NCBI RefSeq assembly: GCF_036588685.1
Contig: NC_086377.1
Location: forward strand, 5,394,001 to 5,458,000
Direction of reading: 5' to 3'
Source: Mytilus trossulus
Taxonomy: Eukaryota
DNA length: 64,000 nt
In this document: positions 36,410 to 52,307 of the stretch, piece after piece
Layout of the letters: every line of letters starts with the position of its first letter
How positions within the stretch are numbered: position 1 is the first letter of the stretch
Position numbers and translations under genes: made by a program
The notes under the pieces: generated by a model
Databases searched by the model: none
Told to the model about the DNA's origin: nothing
What the model saw: the letters and a program-made list of their open reading frames with translations, nothing else

Positions 36410-39350
36410 CTCTCAATTATGACGACTTTCTATGTATACCAAGGACATTTATCCTGTTGAACTTAATTTAGATAAAACTAATACTAACAATGACCACTGC
36501 CCTTTCCTCGATCTTGATATTTATATCATTAACGGAAAGCTTAATACAAAAATTCATGATAAAAGAGATGATTTTTCATTTTCTATTGTTAATTATCCAT
36601 TTTTAGATGGTGTTATATATCTCAACTTGTACGATTCGCTAATATATGTAACAACGTATTATATTTTACCGAGATAAATTTATGTATTACTGAAAAATTA
36701 TTACACCAGGGTTTTCGATATTACAAACTAGTCAAAACATTTATTAAATTTTATCATCGGTATTAGGAAATAATTCGTAAATATAACTCAGCATATAGAC
36801 ATCTTATACGTTCAAGTATTTCATATCCAATCTTTTATTGTAATATTCTTTACAAGGCACACAATTGTCAGTATTGACCTCAAAAGCTTACATAACCTTT
36901 AAACATAATTATAACGTATAATTCGGAGTTTAGTATGACATCAATTATCACTCTACAAGTATACATATTTTTGAAGGGGCCAGCTGAAGGACGCCTCCGA
37001 GTACAGGAGTTTCTCGCTACATTGAAGACCCATTGGTAGCCATCGGACGTTGTCTGCTCTATGGTCGGGTTGTTGTCGCTTTGATATATAACCCATTTCC
37101 TTTCTCATTTTTATTGTAACTTAATCATTATGATAACAATCGAGAATGGAAATGGGGAATGTATCAAAGAGACAACAACCCGACCATAGAAAAAAAACCT
37201 GGTGTAATAATTTTTCAGTAATACATACATTCCTCTCGTTAAAATCTTAAACATTGTTACATACACAAGCGAATCGTACAAGTTGAGATATATAAACACC
37301 GTAAGATGGTGATAATGTTTACCCATAATGAAAGCATACGAGCCTACTCAACACCACATATCATTTCACGCATATGCAATTAGTAAAAAGCAAAAAGTCA
37401 TATCAATTGATATCAAAGGGACAGTCAAACTTATAGATAAAAAATAAACTAGGAACGCCATGACGAAAACGGAAAGACAAACAGACTTATAATAGTACAC
37501 AAGAAACAACAAAGAACACGAATCCCACCAAAAGCTCGGGGTTATCTTATATGTACTGTACCGGATGGTTAATTATATACTGCTCCATATGTCTCTTTAT
37601 TACAAACCCGAAAAATAGTCTACTTCGGTAGTTCACATGGGTATTGTAGTTACATTTAAAGGAACATCCATTGTATATGATATCATCTGTGACACGGTTA
37701 TTCCATAGTAGTCAACCAACTCGTAATGGCGTACGTAAAGTTTACCAATGGATGATTTCAACTTCAACATTGAGAACTCTTAATGTTATTGCTTCCTTGT
37801 GATCAGCTATTTGTAATAAAGGAAACTATGATCGAACATACTAGCCCAGGAATATCGTATCAATTTGGAGATATATACTCTGTATGCAAGCGCTGCTGGA
37901 ATGTTGTTAAATAGAAACGGAAAGTTCACAATTAGGAAGTATAAAGTAATCTCTTTTGTCAAAAAGTATTGTTTCAACCGACGTGCATTGTCATTTCTAG
38001 ATATAAGTCAAGATAAGAGACATAAGTAGCTGTATCTGTTGTATCCTTTATCTCTAGTTCGATGGGATAGATGCATTAACAAAGTCACAAAATTTATATA
38101 GTAGAAAGTGAAGTTAAATAATATTGCTAACTTCTTATCTTCCTTCACGTCAGCCTCATTATGATAAAAATTTATGATAAAAGAGATGATTTTTCATTTC
38201 CTATCGTTAATTATCCATTGTTAGATGGTGACGTTCCCTTGTCACCATCTTACGGTGTTTATATATCTCAATTTGTAAGATTCGCTCGTGTATTTTTTTT
38301 TTAAATTGTTATTTGGATGGAGAGCTGTCTCATTGGCACTCACACCACATCTTCCTATATCTATGTAACAATGTTTTAGATTTTAAAGAGGGAAATGTAT
38401 GTACTAAAATTATTACACCAGGGTTTTCGATATCACAAACTTGTCTAAACATTCACTAAATTTTATTATTGGTATAGGGACAGCATTCGTAGATATAGCT
38501 CAACATGCAGACTTCTTATACGTTTAGGTATTTCACATTCAATTTTTATGGAAATATTCTTTATAAAGCACAAACATGTCAGTATTCACCGCAGAAACTA
38601 ACTAAACCTTTAAATACACTTATTAAGAAGGGATATAGTTACGATACTATTGTCAGGTCATTAAAGATTGCTTATGTTGGCGTTAATATTGATTCACTTA
38701 TAGGGTCTTAACGTCGGAACTAAACACATTTATTCAAAGTCCAGTTGTTGACATGACACGGGCTATGATCTTCTCATATATGTTATGATGGTATGATACT
38801 AAACCCCTAGCGGAAAGGATTTTGCCTGATATTCATCATGTTCATCAGTTTAATTGAAGTCTGGAGCTGGCATGTCAGTTAACTACTGGTAGTCTGTTGT
38901 TATTTATGTATAATTGTCATTTTGTTTATTTTCTTTGGTTACATCTTCTGACATCGGACTCGGACCTCTCTTGAACTGAATTGTAATGTGCGTATTTGTA
39001 TGCGTTTACTTTTCTACATTGGTTAGAGGTATAGGGGGAGGGTTGAGATCTCACAAACATGTTTAACCCCGCCGCATTTTTGCGCCTGTTCAAAGTCAGA
39101 AGCCTCTGGCCTTTGTTAGTCTTATATTATTTTTATTTTGGTTTCGTGTGTACAATTTGTAAATTAGTATTGCGTTCATTATCACTGAACTAGTATATAT
39201 TTGTTTAGGAGCCAGCTGAAGGACGCCTCTGGGTGCGGGAATTTTTCGCTACATTGAAGACCTGTTGGTGACCTTCTGCTGTTGTTTTTTTATTTGATCG
39301 GGTTGTTGTCTCTTTGACACATTCCCCATGTCCATTCTTAATTTCATTTT
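36410..39350. mobile_element. Cluster of nested and inverted Penelope-like 3' fragments and their tails (duplicate ~57185-61130)
   Basis: Repeated CPFLDLD/DKRDDFSF/YGVYISQ fragments on both strands; tail-to-tail junction at ~37060-37190; shared tail TTGAAGACC...CATTCCCCATT. Confidence 0.7.
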
Positions 39351-41296
39351 GAATATACTTTGGTTTCCTAACTCGCATGTATAAAGGCGACTTTAATTGA
39401 TTTTAACTTGTCATCAAAATGAATATGCCAAGGAACGTGAACCACACACTGTATCGGAAAATTGTCATTGGATGCATGGCATTTTGAAAAACAATAATTT
39501 TATTATTGAAATACATTATATTTTTATTAATTATCGAAGGTGATTTAAACGGTCGGCAGATTTTATAATTATTTTCCTCTAGTGTATTGCACCACTTTAA
39601 AGGTATACTCTCCTGTAAACCTTGATTTTTATTAGACTTTTGACCATCAGACAGATACAAGTCATACATCATATTGTTTTTTAATAATTAACTTAATTTA
39701 GTATAACTTTTAAGGTATATTTATAGATGCTGTCCTATTACTATAACACATTCAACAAGGAATATGCAATCAATCTTCTCATGGACATATTGGTTTGCTT
39801 GCACTTTTGCGGTTACGATGTAAAATAGAATAGTGATCGGTCAGTCATATATTTAGTTTCTGAAGTCTGTAAGATTTCTGTTCCCTTCAATATATTAACT
39901 ATATAGAATGAAAACAATTGTATGGTGTTAAAATATAGCACTGTTTTTTTTAATTCAATTTCTATAAATTATTCGTATATAAAAAAGTAAAATCACAAAA
40001 ATACTGAACTCAGAGGAAAATCATTTTAGAAAGTCCATAATCACATGGCAAAATCAAAAAAACAAAACGCATTAAAACGAATGGACAAGAACTGTCATAA
40101 TTGGTACTGAATACAAAAAAGTAGGTACTGAGTTCAGTTTTTTTGTGATTTTACTTTTTACTATCCTACTACTTATCATCATAGTTCTCCAACTGAAACA
40201 GGAAACAAAATTGTGCACGTATTATCTTAACTGAACAGCATAGTCTTCATAACATGCATGATATCACGATGGATACAGATATAATTGTCATACTCAAGTG
40301 ATGCTCAAGTCGAACGTAAACTAACACATCACGGACGACAAACAATTCGAAAAATTATCATATGATAAACAATATACAAAATACAACAAATAAATAACCA
40401 GGAAATGATCACCATATTTCGGTGATATCAGATGCTAATGTTAGAATGGATAAAAAAATTAAGGAATTATTTCGATTCTAATAGGACAATAAAGTATTTT
40501 AATACATGTAGGTCGAAGCGTACGAAAATACCGTAAAAATGTTTGGCTTTTTCCGTTTCCTCCCCGAGGAGTTTCTGCATTACATTTCATATTTGATAAG
40601 TTTAAAAACTATGAGCAGGGTAAATATATGTTGTTTTATAAAATTGTAATAATAAAAATGTATGCTAGCTGCTTAAATGTATACATTTTAAAGGATAGCG
40701 ATGGAAATAACGTAAATATACACAGTAAGTTCGTGCTCATGTGTCAAACATATTTTTTAATGCTCATTAGAACACGGCTTTGTTTACAAAGCGTAATAAG
40801 GACGTCATATTAGAATCCGTAGTTGATTTATGTACAAAGTTTTGTTAACAGGAAATTTATAAAAACGATCATACAATTGATATTCGTGTCAACACAAACG
40901 TGCTGATTATTGGGCTGGTGAAACCCTTGGGGACGAAATGGACAGATCCTGCGCGTGTAAACATAAAATGATATAACATATAAGTAATCGACAGCAAACG
41001 ATCAATACATTCGAAAAGAAGAATGTGTGTTAAGCTAAGGCATTTGTGATTAAGTTTATATATAGTTATTGCTTAATGCTTTGAATAAATTCTAAATTTC
41101 GTCAACTGAAAAGTCATGGAAAATATTAAAACATCAAATATATTGCATCTCATTCGGGTTACACGATTGACTGAATTACAATACCGCTATTAATGGAACA
41201 TAACCAGTTTAATGACGGAATAACACTTGAAAGTTTATATAAGAATATATTGGTGACTTTTATACATCGATTCACGACGATTGTCCAGTAATATTT

Positions 41297-41590
41297 ATAG
41301 ATTATTACATGGCATTTTCCATATGGCCCTGGTATCAGCCCTAGACTCCCATATCAAGCCAGAGGGCTTTAGCCCGAAAGCTTGATATGGGTCGTGGGCT
41401 AATACCATGGACCATATGGAAAATGACATGTAATAATCTATTTATCACATATTTTCAAGCAGGAGAAAACAAATAGCTTTCACCAAATTATGTTTGATAT
41501 TTCATCAAAAATCAAAAAGATATTTAACGAAAAAAATAAATAAATGTATCACTGTGAGTTAGTTAAAAGAAAGTTCGTATCACAATATGT
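41297..41590. mobile_element. Truncated copy of a hairpin-ended non-autonomous element
   Basis: ~145-bp palindrome TAGATTATTACATGGCATTTTCCATATGG...CCATATGGAAAATGACATGTAATAATCTA; cut at the duplication boundary. Confidence 0.65.
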
Positions 41591-43719
41591 TAACACGTTT
41601 CACCTGTCAAACAGATGACGAGAAATGTATATTTGAAAATAAACGTTCTCTCTGTTAACTGATCTATAACTGTAACATGCATACAACTTGATTAACTATA
41701 TTCACACCATACATCAATTGTAATTATAATTCATTTCCCAAGTATGCATATAATATGTCCTTTAACTAAATCAAATTCAGCAATGTTTAACCGACATATC
41801 TTTATAAGGACACATTGTTCCTCTTGTATTTTCTGGATGAAAACAGATATATAGTGAACTTGATCTGTCGACGATGATCTGTTGCCTATCATTTGCCTGT
41901 GCACCACTGGCTTAAATGTCCTGTTTCCAAAGTCCAGTAAATTGTCCATGTATACAGGTTATACTGAAGTAACATTATATAATGGCAACATTATCAAGGA
42001 AAAGAATAAAAAAACTATATCCCAATTAAATCCTGTAGAGCTGATTTGTTTAAGGAGGAAACCGTGATACCAAGAAAGAAAAAAGCATCCGACCCTTGTT
42101 AGAAATGTGAATAATGTCCACACGTTGTAATCGTTTTTAAATATAATTCAGTGACCTTGTTAGACTGAATACTAACTCATAAAAGCTTTAGAAAGAAAAT
42201 GTCAGTTAACATGCGAACGTGAACATTTTAACGTTGTTGTTTTTTAGATATTGTCGCTTTTCAACATCAAACTAGATTGCCAATGACCTTTCTAGATGAA
42301 ATAAAAAGATTGAGATAATGAAATTAAAAACTTTTTTATTTCATTGTTTCTATGTTTAGTTATCAAGTACACGAATTTAAAGATTTTTTGTTCTTATTTA
42401 AACTACTGCGTCACATATTTCTCTTTACAAGAAAATGCTATAAAGTAAGATGATTTGGTGTGATTGCCAAAGTAGACATCTGAATATATATTGTTTAGTA
42501 TATTTCGTCAACGTTGTGATTATTTAAAATTATAACTATTTTAATATAAGCATCACTGATGGGTCTTATGTAGATGAAACGCGCGTCCGGAGTATTAAAT
42601 TTTAATTCTGGTACCTTTCATAACTATATTCATATATACATATCTAACATAACCCAAATGACGCAAATGTTTCCAATTAGAGGTCACCGTATGACTGCCA
42701 ACATCGGAACCAAGCTCCAAAAAAAAAAGCTTAAAGATCCGCCATGACAATTCAATTATTTTAGATAGATATGATATAAACGGACGGTTTGAATAAAGAT
42801 GAATGTAGAGCATCGGATGTAATTTAATGGCAGAATTTTTTGTATTCATTTATTTTGGTGCTTTTATAGATTTTCCTTGTAGTCGTTCAACATCATAGTA
42901 AGAAATGAGAAACATCAAGCTTAAAAATTAATCATGAAACAATGTAAATTTTTGAATAATGATCGTGTTGTTTTGCTGGATTGTCGCCCGTGAATTGAAA
43001 AATAAATTTTAACAATTTTATTGTTTAAAAAACATCCCAACATTATCTAACAAACCAATACAGGTAACGTTAATGAATAAGTATATGTACTCTTCTACAT
43101 GGTCCTCATTACATTATTAGTTATAACTGTATTATGTTTATGGTATGGTACATCAAATGCATATCCAGCCATTTTCAAAAGGGGGTTCCAGAACTCAATA
43201 ATTTGAAAACATGGGGGCTCCAAGAAATTCAATTAGCTATGTTCGGGAAAATCTGTTAATGTACAAGCAGTGTCAAATTGTGCTTGCAGCAACTTAAATA
43301 AACCTTGTTTCCAGGTCCTTCCGGTGAAAAATTAATGCACGACATACAAATGCAACCTAAAATCAAGAACAATTTCTCTTATGTAAAGACAATTACGTTT
43401 ACGTGGAAATTTCGTAAACTGAGTCATTTACTGGTCGTAGATTAACTTTAAATATACTAGTAAATTCAACTTGAACATGAATCATATAAGATTTCTAATA
43501 CACAACACAAAATTCAATGCCAACTTCAACAAGCATATACACTACATAACACAAACGTTTTAATGATTTCATAAATGGTAGATAGTTTAAACAATATTAT
43601 TTTCTTAATTTTCCTTTTGAAAAAAAACTGACTGAGCCACAATCTCAATAATATCGTGTTTTAAAAATGTAAAATTGTTCATTTTTTTTTTGTCTCTATC
43701 ATCATGATCATATGCTTAT

Positions 43720-44480
43720 GCTTTATTTCTGTTAAAAAATACATTTCTCAAACATCCTTCTTGAATTTTTGAAATGAAAAGTTGGAAGATCTCCCCATCA
43801 TCGATTTTAAAATCCTGATAGTGAACATTCATCATAACCTTCCCTGACAGGCATTCTTTGCCCATAGTGTTGCATAAGTATGTTTTTGTTCTCCGGAGAG
43901 TTGAAAAAAAAACGCTCGGCTTCATAAGACGATATGGGCAAGATGCATGCTACGGTTAGAAGACGTTTCTTATTAGGGAGAACGTATTCATCTATTGTTT
44001 TCAAACAATCATGTAGACTCCCTGGATAGGCATACTCAAATGTCATCCCATAATCTCTTCTACAACAATATCTTATCCCTAGGTGCAGATGGTGTAGGTA
44101 AATCGACCCCAAAGCATAAGACTTGTGACAAAATCATCTGCACATTCTAACTGTGTAATTTGTGCTGGAAGAAACTCAAAAAATGTATTACCTTTCCGAT
44201 CTTCCGTCTGAAATCTTACGGCCATTTCGGATTTTAAAAAGTCACAAAATGGAATCGCAATATTTCGACGGAAGCATTCCTCTGTATTGTCACTTTCTGC
44301 ATTTCCTCTATGACTCAGTCGACCTGTTATTCTAGGTATTGTAATGTCGGTACCAATATGCCCGGCAGTCTTTTCTGAATCTCTAAGCCACACAGAAAAT
44401 TCTTCTTCCATGTTCTGGCGCAAGTTTGCAATTGATTCTTGTATTTTATCAATGCTGTTATCCTCGGGGTTCAGCATACC
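43720..44480 (-). mobile_element. hAT transposase C-terminal fragment including the dimerisation domain, frameshifted
   Basis: IPRITGR..HRGN..., ECFRRNIAIPFCDFLKSEMAVRF, ILPISSYEAERFF / STLRRTKTYLCNTMG (hAT C-terminal motif). Confidence 0.8.
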
Positions 44481-46284
44481 TTCAAATGTTTTGCATTGAC
44501 ATTAATATATCAACGTTTACCCTCTTAGAAAAATATGAATATTTCAAAGAACACAAACTAAACACTGTATTTGAAAAGTGTCATTGGATACATAGCAGTT
44601 TGAAATACAATAGTTTTATTATTGAAACACTTTATATTCTTATTGATAATAGAAGGTAATTAAAACAGTTGCCAGATTTTATAGTTATCTCCCTGTAGTG
44701 TTATGTACCACAGTAATGATATCATCTCATGTACACCTTGATTTTATTAGACTTTTGACCAGCAGAAAAATTACATGTCATACATCATAATTTTTTAATA
44801 ATTAACTTAATTTAGTGTAGCTTTGAAGGTATATTTATAGATTCTGTCCTAATACTTTAACACATTCAACCAAGGAACATGCTATCAATCTTCTCATGGA
44901 CATATTGGTTTAATTGCTCTCTTGTGGTTACGATTTTAAATAGAATAGTGATCCTACTTCTTATTACCATTGTTCTCCAATTGAAACAGGAAACAAAATT
45001 GTGCACTTAACTAAACAGTATAGTCTTCAGAACCTGCATGTAACCACGATGAATACAGATATGATTTTCATACTCAAGTCGAACTAAAACTAACACATCA
45101 CAAACGACAAACAGTTCAAAGAATCATGATAAGATAAAACATATACAAAATACAACAAATAAGTAACCAGATATTGACCACCATAATTCGGTGATATCAG
45201 ATGCAAATGTAAGAATATCAGTAGATGGTTATCAAGGTACCAGGATTATAATTTGATACGACAGACGCACGTATCAAGGTACCAGGATTATAATTTGATA
45301 CGACAGACGCACGTGTAGTCTACGTAAGACACATAAAGTGAAGCTCAGATCAAAATCAAAACTTAAAAAGCCAAACAATTATAAAGTTGGAGACCATTAA
45401 GGACCGAAAATAACAAAACGTCGTGTCAAAGACGGCTCAGGCAATCTACTTCTGGGATAAGAAAATCGTTAGTTTTCCAAATATTTAACGTTTTGTTAAC
45501 TGGTATTTTTTAAAAATTACCATATTTAAAAGTTACCATATAAATGATATTCGTGTAATCACCAAAGTGCTGACTACTGGTCTGGTGATACTGCATGTGT
45601 AAACATAAAACGGATAAGTAATCGATCTATAAATTCGTAAATAATTTGCTAACCATTAAGATTGATTAAGTAGGAAGAATGTGTTTTCAGCTTAAGTCAT
45701 GTGTGATTAGGTCTAGATATAGTTATATCTTAATGTATTAAATGAATGTTAGATTGTGTTTACTTAAAAGTTATGAAAAATATTAAAACATCAAATTCAT
45801 TGCATCTCATTCGGGTAACACAAATGACTGAATTACAATACCGCTATTAATCGAATATAACACTTGTAATGACCGAATAACACTTGAAATTTAATATAAG
45901 AACATATCGGTGACTTTTAAAGTCATAAGAAACCTCAAATATGCATATGTTTTTTTTTTATAACTAAATGGATAGTTTTCATTATACAACTTATGTAGAT
46001 ATCCTTTTTTTGAGGAAAATTCTTCAATTTGTCAACATTTTAAAGAAGTTTACTTATTTTCAATTGCTTGCTTCTAGGAAGCAATTCGCCGACATATTTT
46101 CCGTATGCATAGTGACCCGATCGTAACCCTCCTCGTAAAGATCCGGTGATCGCAATACGCATGGATCTGTCATTGAAATAAACCAATATCTCATTATACA
46201 TGTTAAACACGTGCTCAATACCCATGCTTTTTGTGATTTGTTTACTATAAGGTAACAATCGCTAGAACTCGGCTTCAAAACACT

Positions 46285-46810
46285 GCAGTAATTTGTGCTG
46301 GAAGCAACTCCGAAAATGTATTACCTTTCCAATCTTCCGTCTGAAATCTTACGGCCATTTCGGTTTTTAAAAAGTCACAACATGGAATCGCAATATTTCG
46401 ACGGAAGTATTCCTCTGTATTGTCACTTTCTGTAATTTGCTTTAAGCCTCTGTCAACCTGTTATTCTAGGTCTTGTAATTTCGGTACCAATATGCTCTGC
46501 GATCTTTTCTGAATCTTTAAGCCACACAGAACATCCTTCTTCAATGTTAAGGGTCAAGTTTGCAATTGATTCTTTTATTTTTTTTTAATATTGTTAAAGG
46601 CAGTATAAATACCTTTGTCTCTTTTTTGTAATTTAATAGAGAGAGGTTTGATTGTTTCTAAGCAGATTTTAACAGTTATAAATGCACTTATAAATGACGA
46701 TGTCTTTACTGTACTCAAAATGTCTTGAGCTTTTGTTCTTGTTTCCCTTTCCCAAATCCATGGGCCATTTTGTAATTCTACTAAGTCCACTTCCACGGTG
46801 TTCAGCATAT
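46285..46810 (-). mobile_element. hAT transposase fragments (duplicate of 23850-24350)
   Basis: Same motifs as the copy A fragment. Confidence 0.7.
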
Positions 46811-48229
46811 CTATAATTAACATACAAACAATGAAAACAAACAATGAAAACACTTTGATTGAACTATTTAGATCAAATATCTTAATTTATACTAAAATAA
46901 CTTTTATATTTACCACCAAGTCACCAGGAAAAAACTTTTTGAGACTGATCTGAATAAAAGCCAGCATATATGACTTATTCACAGTGACACATTCATTTTT
47001 TTCAACAGTTCATAATTTTATTATATTAAACATTATTATATTATTCAAAGACATTAGCGGACTTAAATTTACATTGTCAATACTGATATATTTTTTGTCA
47101 TTGCACCCGCGTTTCTTTTCCATTCGATTTTTATGCGTTTTGTTATTTGTTTTTACCATGTGATAATGGACTTTCGAATTGATTTTCCTTTAAGTTCAGT
47201 ATTTTTGTGATTTTACCTTTTACTCTTTGTGTGATTGGAAATAATTCATGTAATGAAAAAAGGGGGTTGCCCTGGCAGTAGGGTGAAACGACGTGGCGCC
47301 TGTCTAGCCATTTTATCATAAACGAAAAAAAGAACTAAACTGATGTATCCATTGACATACTATTGTATAGGCAGTTCCCATTTCCCCTGGTTTTAATTGT
47401 AATACAGGTATAATCATCTGGTGTTAATGCACTTGATAAAGTGTCTATCAAAAACCATTAAAGGAGGAATAATGTATTCGCCGACGTTCTCTTGTCTTTC
47501 AATAAAGTTTTACATTCTTGAAACATATTTTCTATTTCATTGTCCCTTTAAAAACTTATCAAACATCGTAAGTTTTGCAAATCATCCGCAAATGGCAAAC
47601 GGACTAAGTTAAAATTCCGTAATATTGACTTTTACAATAATGCATACTGTATTTTTTAAAGAATAGTTAATATGTTAATACGATTAATTAAATTAAACTG
47701 TGAAAAATAAAAACGAAACAAACAAAATTCGTCAAAAAAAAATTTCGTCAAAAAATATTATCTCCCTTTGGTGTCAAATTCCATTTATTTGACATTAAAA
47801 TTGATATATGTTTTTTTTAACACATCGGTGACCTATCATTTGTATATCAACTTAATGATTGTAAAATTTCAGCAATGTTTGTAGTTATGTTATTTTATAA
47901 TTTCGATATTACTCTATTTCTACTATTAGTTTAACAGAAACGAAGGACATTGACAAATGTGTATGCTTCTTTCGGAGGCAGATTGTGAGCTTCATTGAAC
48001 GGTGACCCCATTTTTTTAAAACATCAAATATATTGCATCTCATTCGGGTAATACGATTGTTTGAATTACAATACCGCTATTAATCGAGTATAACACTTGT
48101 AATGATAGAATAACACTTGCAATGTAATATAAGAACATATCGGTGACTTTTTAACATCGATTTACGACGATTATCAAATAATATAATACTATAAATGTTT
48201 TTTTTTTATATTAAAAAAGATTAACAGTT

Positions 48230-49590
48230 AGCAGGTTATAATTCAACAACTCTTACCGTTATCTTGAGGATATTTTTTTCGTTAAATAATCAAGAATTTT
48301 TCTCAATATACTGCTGAAATTAACCCCAAGGAACTTACTTCAAATAAATCAAATTTATTCGGTAATAACTGTCCTCTCCTGGATTTAGATATTTCTGTTT
48401 TTAACGGAAAACTCCACACTAAAATTTACGACAAAAGAGACGATTTGTTGTTCCCTATTGTTAATTTTCCATTTTTAGAGTGTGGTGTTCCTTTGGCACC
48501 ATCTTACGGTGTTTACATTTCACAACTTGTTCGCTATGCCCGTGTCTGTTGTGACGTTTTTGATTTTAACGAACGCAAACTGTGTATTACTGGTAAATTA
48601 TTAAACCAGGAATACTGTTAGCATAAATAACTTAAAACCTTTACTATTTTTTTCCATAGATATAAAGATTTGGTTTTAAAGTTTTATTGTACCTGTAGAA
48701 AATTTATTTCAAACGGGATAGCACATGCCCGTTTTACGGAAATGTTGTTAACCGTACCCGGTCATTTAGAAATGATCCATGTAAACTCGTCGCTCCTTTA
48801 AATAAACTTATTCTAAAAGGTTACCTATTCAACACATTAATACGATCATTGAATATTTTTTTTGGTATAAATATTGATTTCGTTATCAGTAAATTAAAAG
48901 CTAACTAACTATAACAAGTATTTTATAGACAAATACATATTCATGGATCTACAGTCCGTCGATACCTGTAACTTGGCATTGCACAAGGTCGTGTTTTTTT
49001 CTGGCTGTTTATAAAGTCTTTCTAAATCCTTTGGATGTTGGATATGCACGGATTGATAGTTTTTGTATTAGTTGTTAGTGGCTTTGAAATAACTGTCAGG
49101 TAACTGCGAGTATTCTCAGATCTGCTCATTTGTGTCGGGATGTATAAGTACCCGTCCACGTCTACTTGTATTTTGGTCCATCTGACGAGTTAAGCCTTTT
49201 CAACCTATTTATATGGTTCGTTCTTATGTTGTACTGTTATACCACTGTCCCAGGTTAGGGGAAGGGTTGGGATCCCGCTAACATTTTTAAGCCCGCCACA
49301 TTAGTTATGTGCCTGTCCCAAATCAGGAGCCTGTAATTCAGTGGTTGTCGTTTGTGTATGTGTTACGTATTTGTGTTTCGTTCATTTTCATTATATAAAT
49401 AAGGCCGTTAGTTTTTTCGTTTATATTGTTTAACATTGTCTATTTGGGGCCTTTTTAGCTGACTATGCGATATAGGCTTTGCTCATTGTTGAAGGGCATA
49501 CGGTGACCTTTAGTTGTTAATGTCTGTGTCATCTTGCTCTTTTGTGGATAGTTGTCTCATTGGTCATCATACCACATCTTCTTTTTTATA
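48230..49590 (+). mobile_element. Duplicate Penelope-like RT 3' fragment and tail
   Basis: Colinear with 28430-29790, with additional stops. Confidence 0.7.
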
Positions 49591-49864
49591 GTTCATAAAG
49601 ATTATAATATATATAGTGTGTAAATCCAACATGCCAGCCATTGTGCTTAGTTACCGTTATTGGTTGTACACACTATATTTATAATTATCTAAATGAACGA
49701 ACCTGCTTTCTACATACCTCTTTTAAGTTATAAAATACACTATTATATAATATTATTACATAATCAATTTTTAAAAATCATTAATAAGTATGTTTTTATA
49801 TTAAAATTATAAGTGTTATTCGGTCATTTGAGGCACCGCCGCCATTGACAGGAAAATCTCGTTA

Positions 49865-50465
49865 AAATATGTGTTGAAGGGAAGACTTATTCTAATTGTT
49901 TATGCGTGAAATCATATGGGTTGTAGGACAGGCTCGTATGAGATCATTATGAGTAAAATGATATGCGGTGTAGGACAGGATCGTATGAGATCCTTATAGG
50001 TAAAATTGTATGTGTTGTAGGGTAGGCTCGTATAAGATAATTACGGGTATAATTGTATGTGTTGTAGGGCAGGCTCGACTGAAATCATTATGAGTATAAT
50101 GATGTGCGTTGTAGGGTAGGCTCGTACGAGATCATTATGAGTAAAATGATATGTGTTGTAGGGCAGGCTAGTATGAGATCATTATGGGTAAAATTATATG
50201 TGTTGTAGGACGGGGTCGTATGAGATAATTAGGGGTAAAATTATATGTGTTGTAGGACAGGCTATTATGAGATCATTATGAGTAAAATTATATGTGTTGT
50301 AGGGTAGGCTCGTATGTTATCACTATGATTAAAATGATATGTGTTGTAAGGTAGGCTAGTATGAGATCATTATGGGTTAAATTATATGTGTTGTAGGACA
50401 GACTCGTATGAGATCACGATGGGTAAAATGATATGTTTTGTAGAACTGGTTCGTTTGAGGTCATT
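49865..50465 (+). repeat. 47-bp tandem repeat array (duplicate)
   Basis: Same unit as 30050-30650. Confidence 0.9.
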
Positions 50466-52307
50466 CGCATATTTTAGTTAGTGTCATGTTAGTAAAAATT
50501 CAAAATGTCAAGTTGTGATTTGACTGTGTTATTGTATTTTGGGTACTTTGGGTTTTTTGTTGTTGCTTTTGCTGCTGCGACGTTGTGGGATTGTCGTATA
50601 ACCACTTTGAAAACAGAATATGTCGTATGATGCAAATGAGGTAACTCTCCTCAAGAGAGCAAATGATAGACTAAAATAACAATTATAGGTCACCGTTCGA
50701 CCTATAACGGTGTATTAAACCCATGCTAAAAAAAATCGAAATCATAAAATGTAAAACAATTCAAGCGAGAAAACTAATAACCTAGTTTTGAATATCCCAT
50801 TGGTTTCCAACCTCTAATGTATGAAGACGACTTAAACCACCCTGAACAAAAATGAACATATAAAAGAAACTTAAGGTGGTAAGAAAAACCTTAACTTAAA
50901 TATATTTGGCTTGTTTAGTTTTCAGAATATTTTGAAAATGTATCAACTTTGACCCATGTAATTTTTTTTTTAAATAACGTTAACCATACACTTAATCTGA
51001 AACAAAACATAATAAGTCATACAAGTAATCGCCAGCAAGAGATCAACACATGTTTTAATAATTTGCTAACCCTTACGTTTGATTCAATGGGAAATGAGAA
51101 AAGAAAAACGTGTTTTAACACATTTTCATACAATGTGAAACTATTTTTTTTTTATAAAATTTTAACATTTAAACATTTTCTATAACTTCTCCTATACCTT
51201 TATTGGGATCGCATTGATACAATATATTCGATTGTGATTATTTAATGTATAAAAAAGGAAATAATTTGTATGTAATTTTCTTGATTTGTATTTAATAAAA
51301 AACCATTAACACAGAAATTAGTTATGAGATTGTAATACACATTTTCAATGCAAAGTAAAGTGACGAAGTCGCAAGTCGATATTGTTAATGAATACATTAC
51401 TCGTCTAGATAACAGAAACAATTAAAAGATCGATCTATGTTCATTTAATCAAACCACTAAAAATGTATTTTGTCTACGAACAGCTCCTCAATTGCGCTTG
51501 CATGTGAGTTTGTAAGTAAAGCCATGGAATATACCCACGAATGATGATTAATGCAAGGACAACATACAATAAGCTGTGCAAAAAACCTGGTAAACCAAAG
51601 TCATCGATAGTTTGTAGATCCATGAATGTGTATATGTATATTACAATACTATTAAGTTTGCTTTTAATTTACTGATAACACAATCAATATTAATACTAAT
51701 GAAAACAATATTCAGTGAACTTACTTCCGTGTTGAATTGGTAACCTTTTATGATTAGTTTACTTAGAAGATCGATAAGATTACCAGGAACGTTTCTAAAT
51801 TTCCGTGCACTGTAAACATAATTTCCGTAAGGATGAGATTGTGCTCTCTCGTTTGGAAGGTACGAAAAAACTTCATAACCAAATCTTTATATCTAGGGAA
51901 GAATTAAGTAAAAAGTAATTTGCGGAAACGAAGTCCCTGGCTCAATTATTAAGCAGTTACCCTTGGAATACATTCGTTAAAATCCAAAACATCAAAACAA
52001 ATACGGGCATAACAAACAAATTGTAAAATATAAACACCATAAGAAGGTGCCAATTAATACTGTTCAACCTCCATTACCGTTGGTCTTTCAATTGGTTTAG
52101 TTTGAGCGACAATGGTAAGGCTTGTGAAGATAAAACGCGCATGGCGTGATAAATTAAAAGTGACATCATTAAGATTTTAGAAATTAACCATACCAGATGT
52201 ATGTTCTTATCTGATACTATTTAAAACACGCCAAAATATTCAACCTTTTAATTCAATCAAAATAAATTCAAATCAAAGTTTTCAAGTTGAATAACGGTTA
52301 TTTTCAT

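Larger units (their letters stand above)
21950..41590 (+). repeat. Copy A of a ~19-20 kb direct segmental duplication (or uncollapsed haplotype)
   Basis: Colinear with ~44510-63340 at high identity, with several large indels; homology stops at CACAATATGTT (41591 / 63338). Confidence 0.9.
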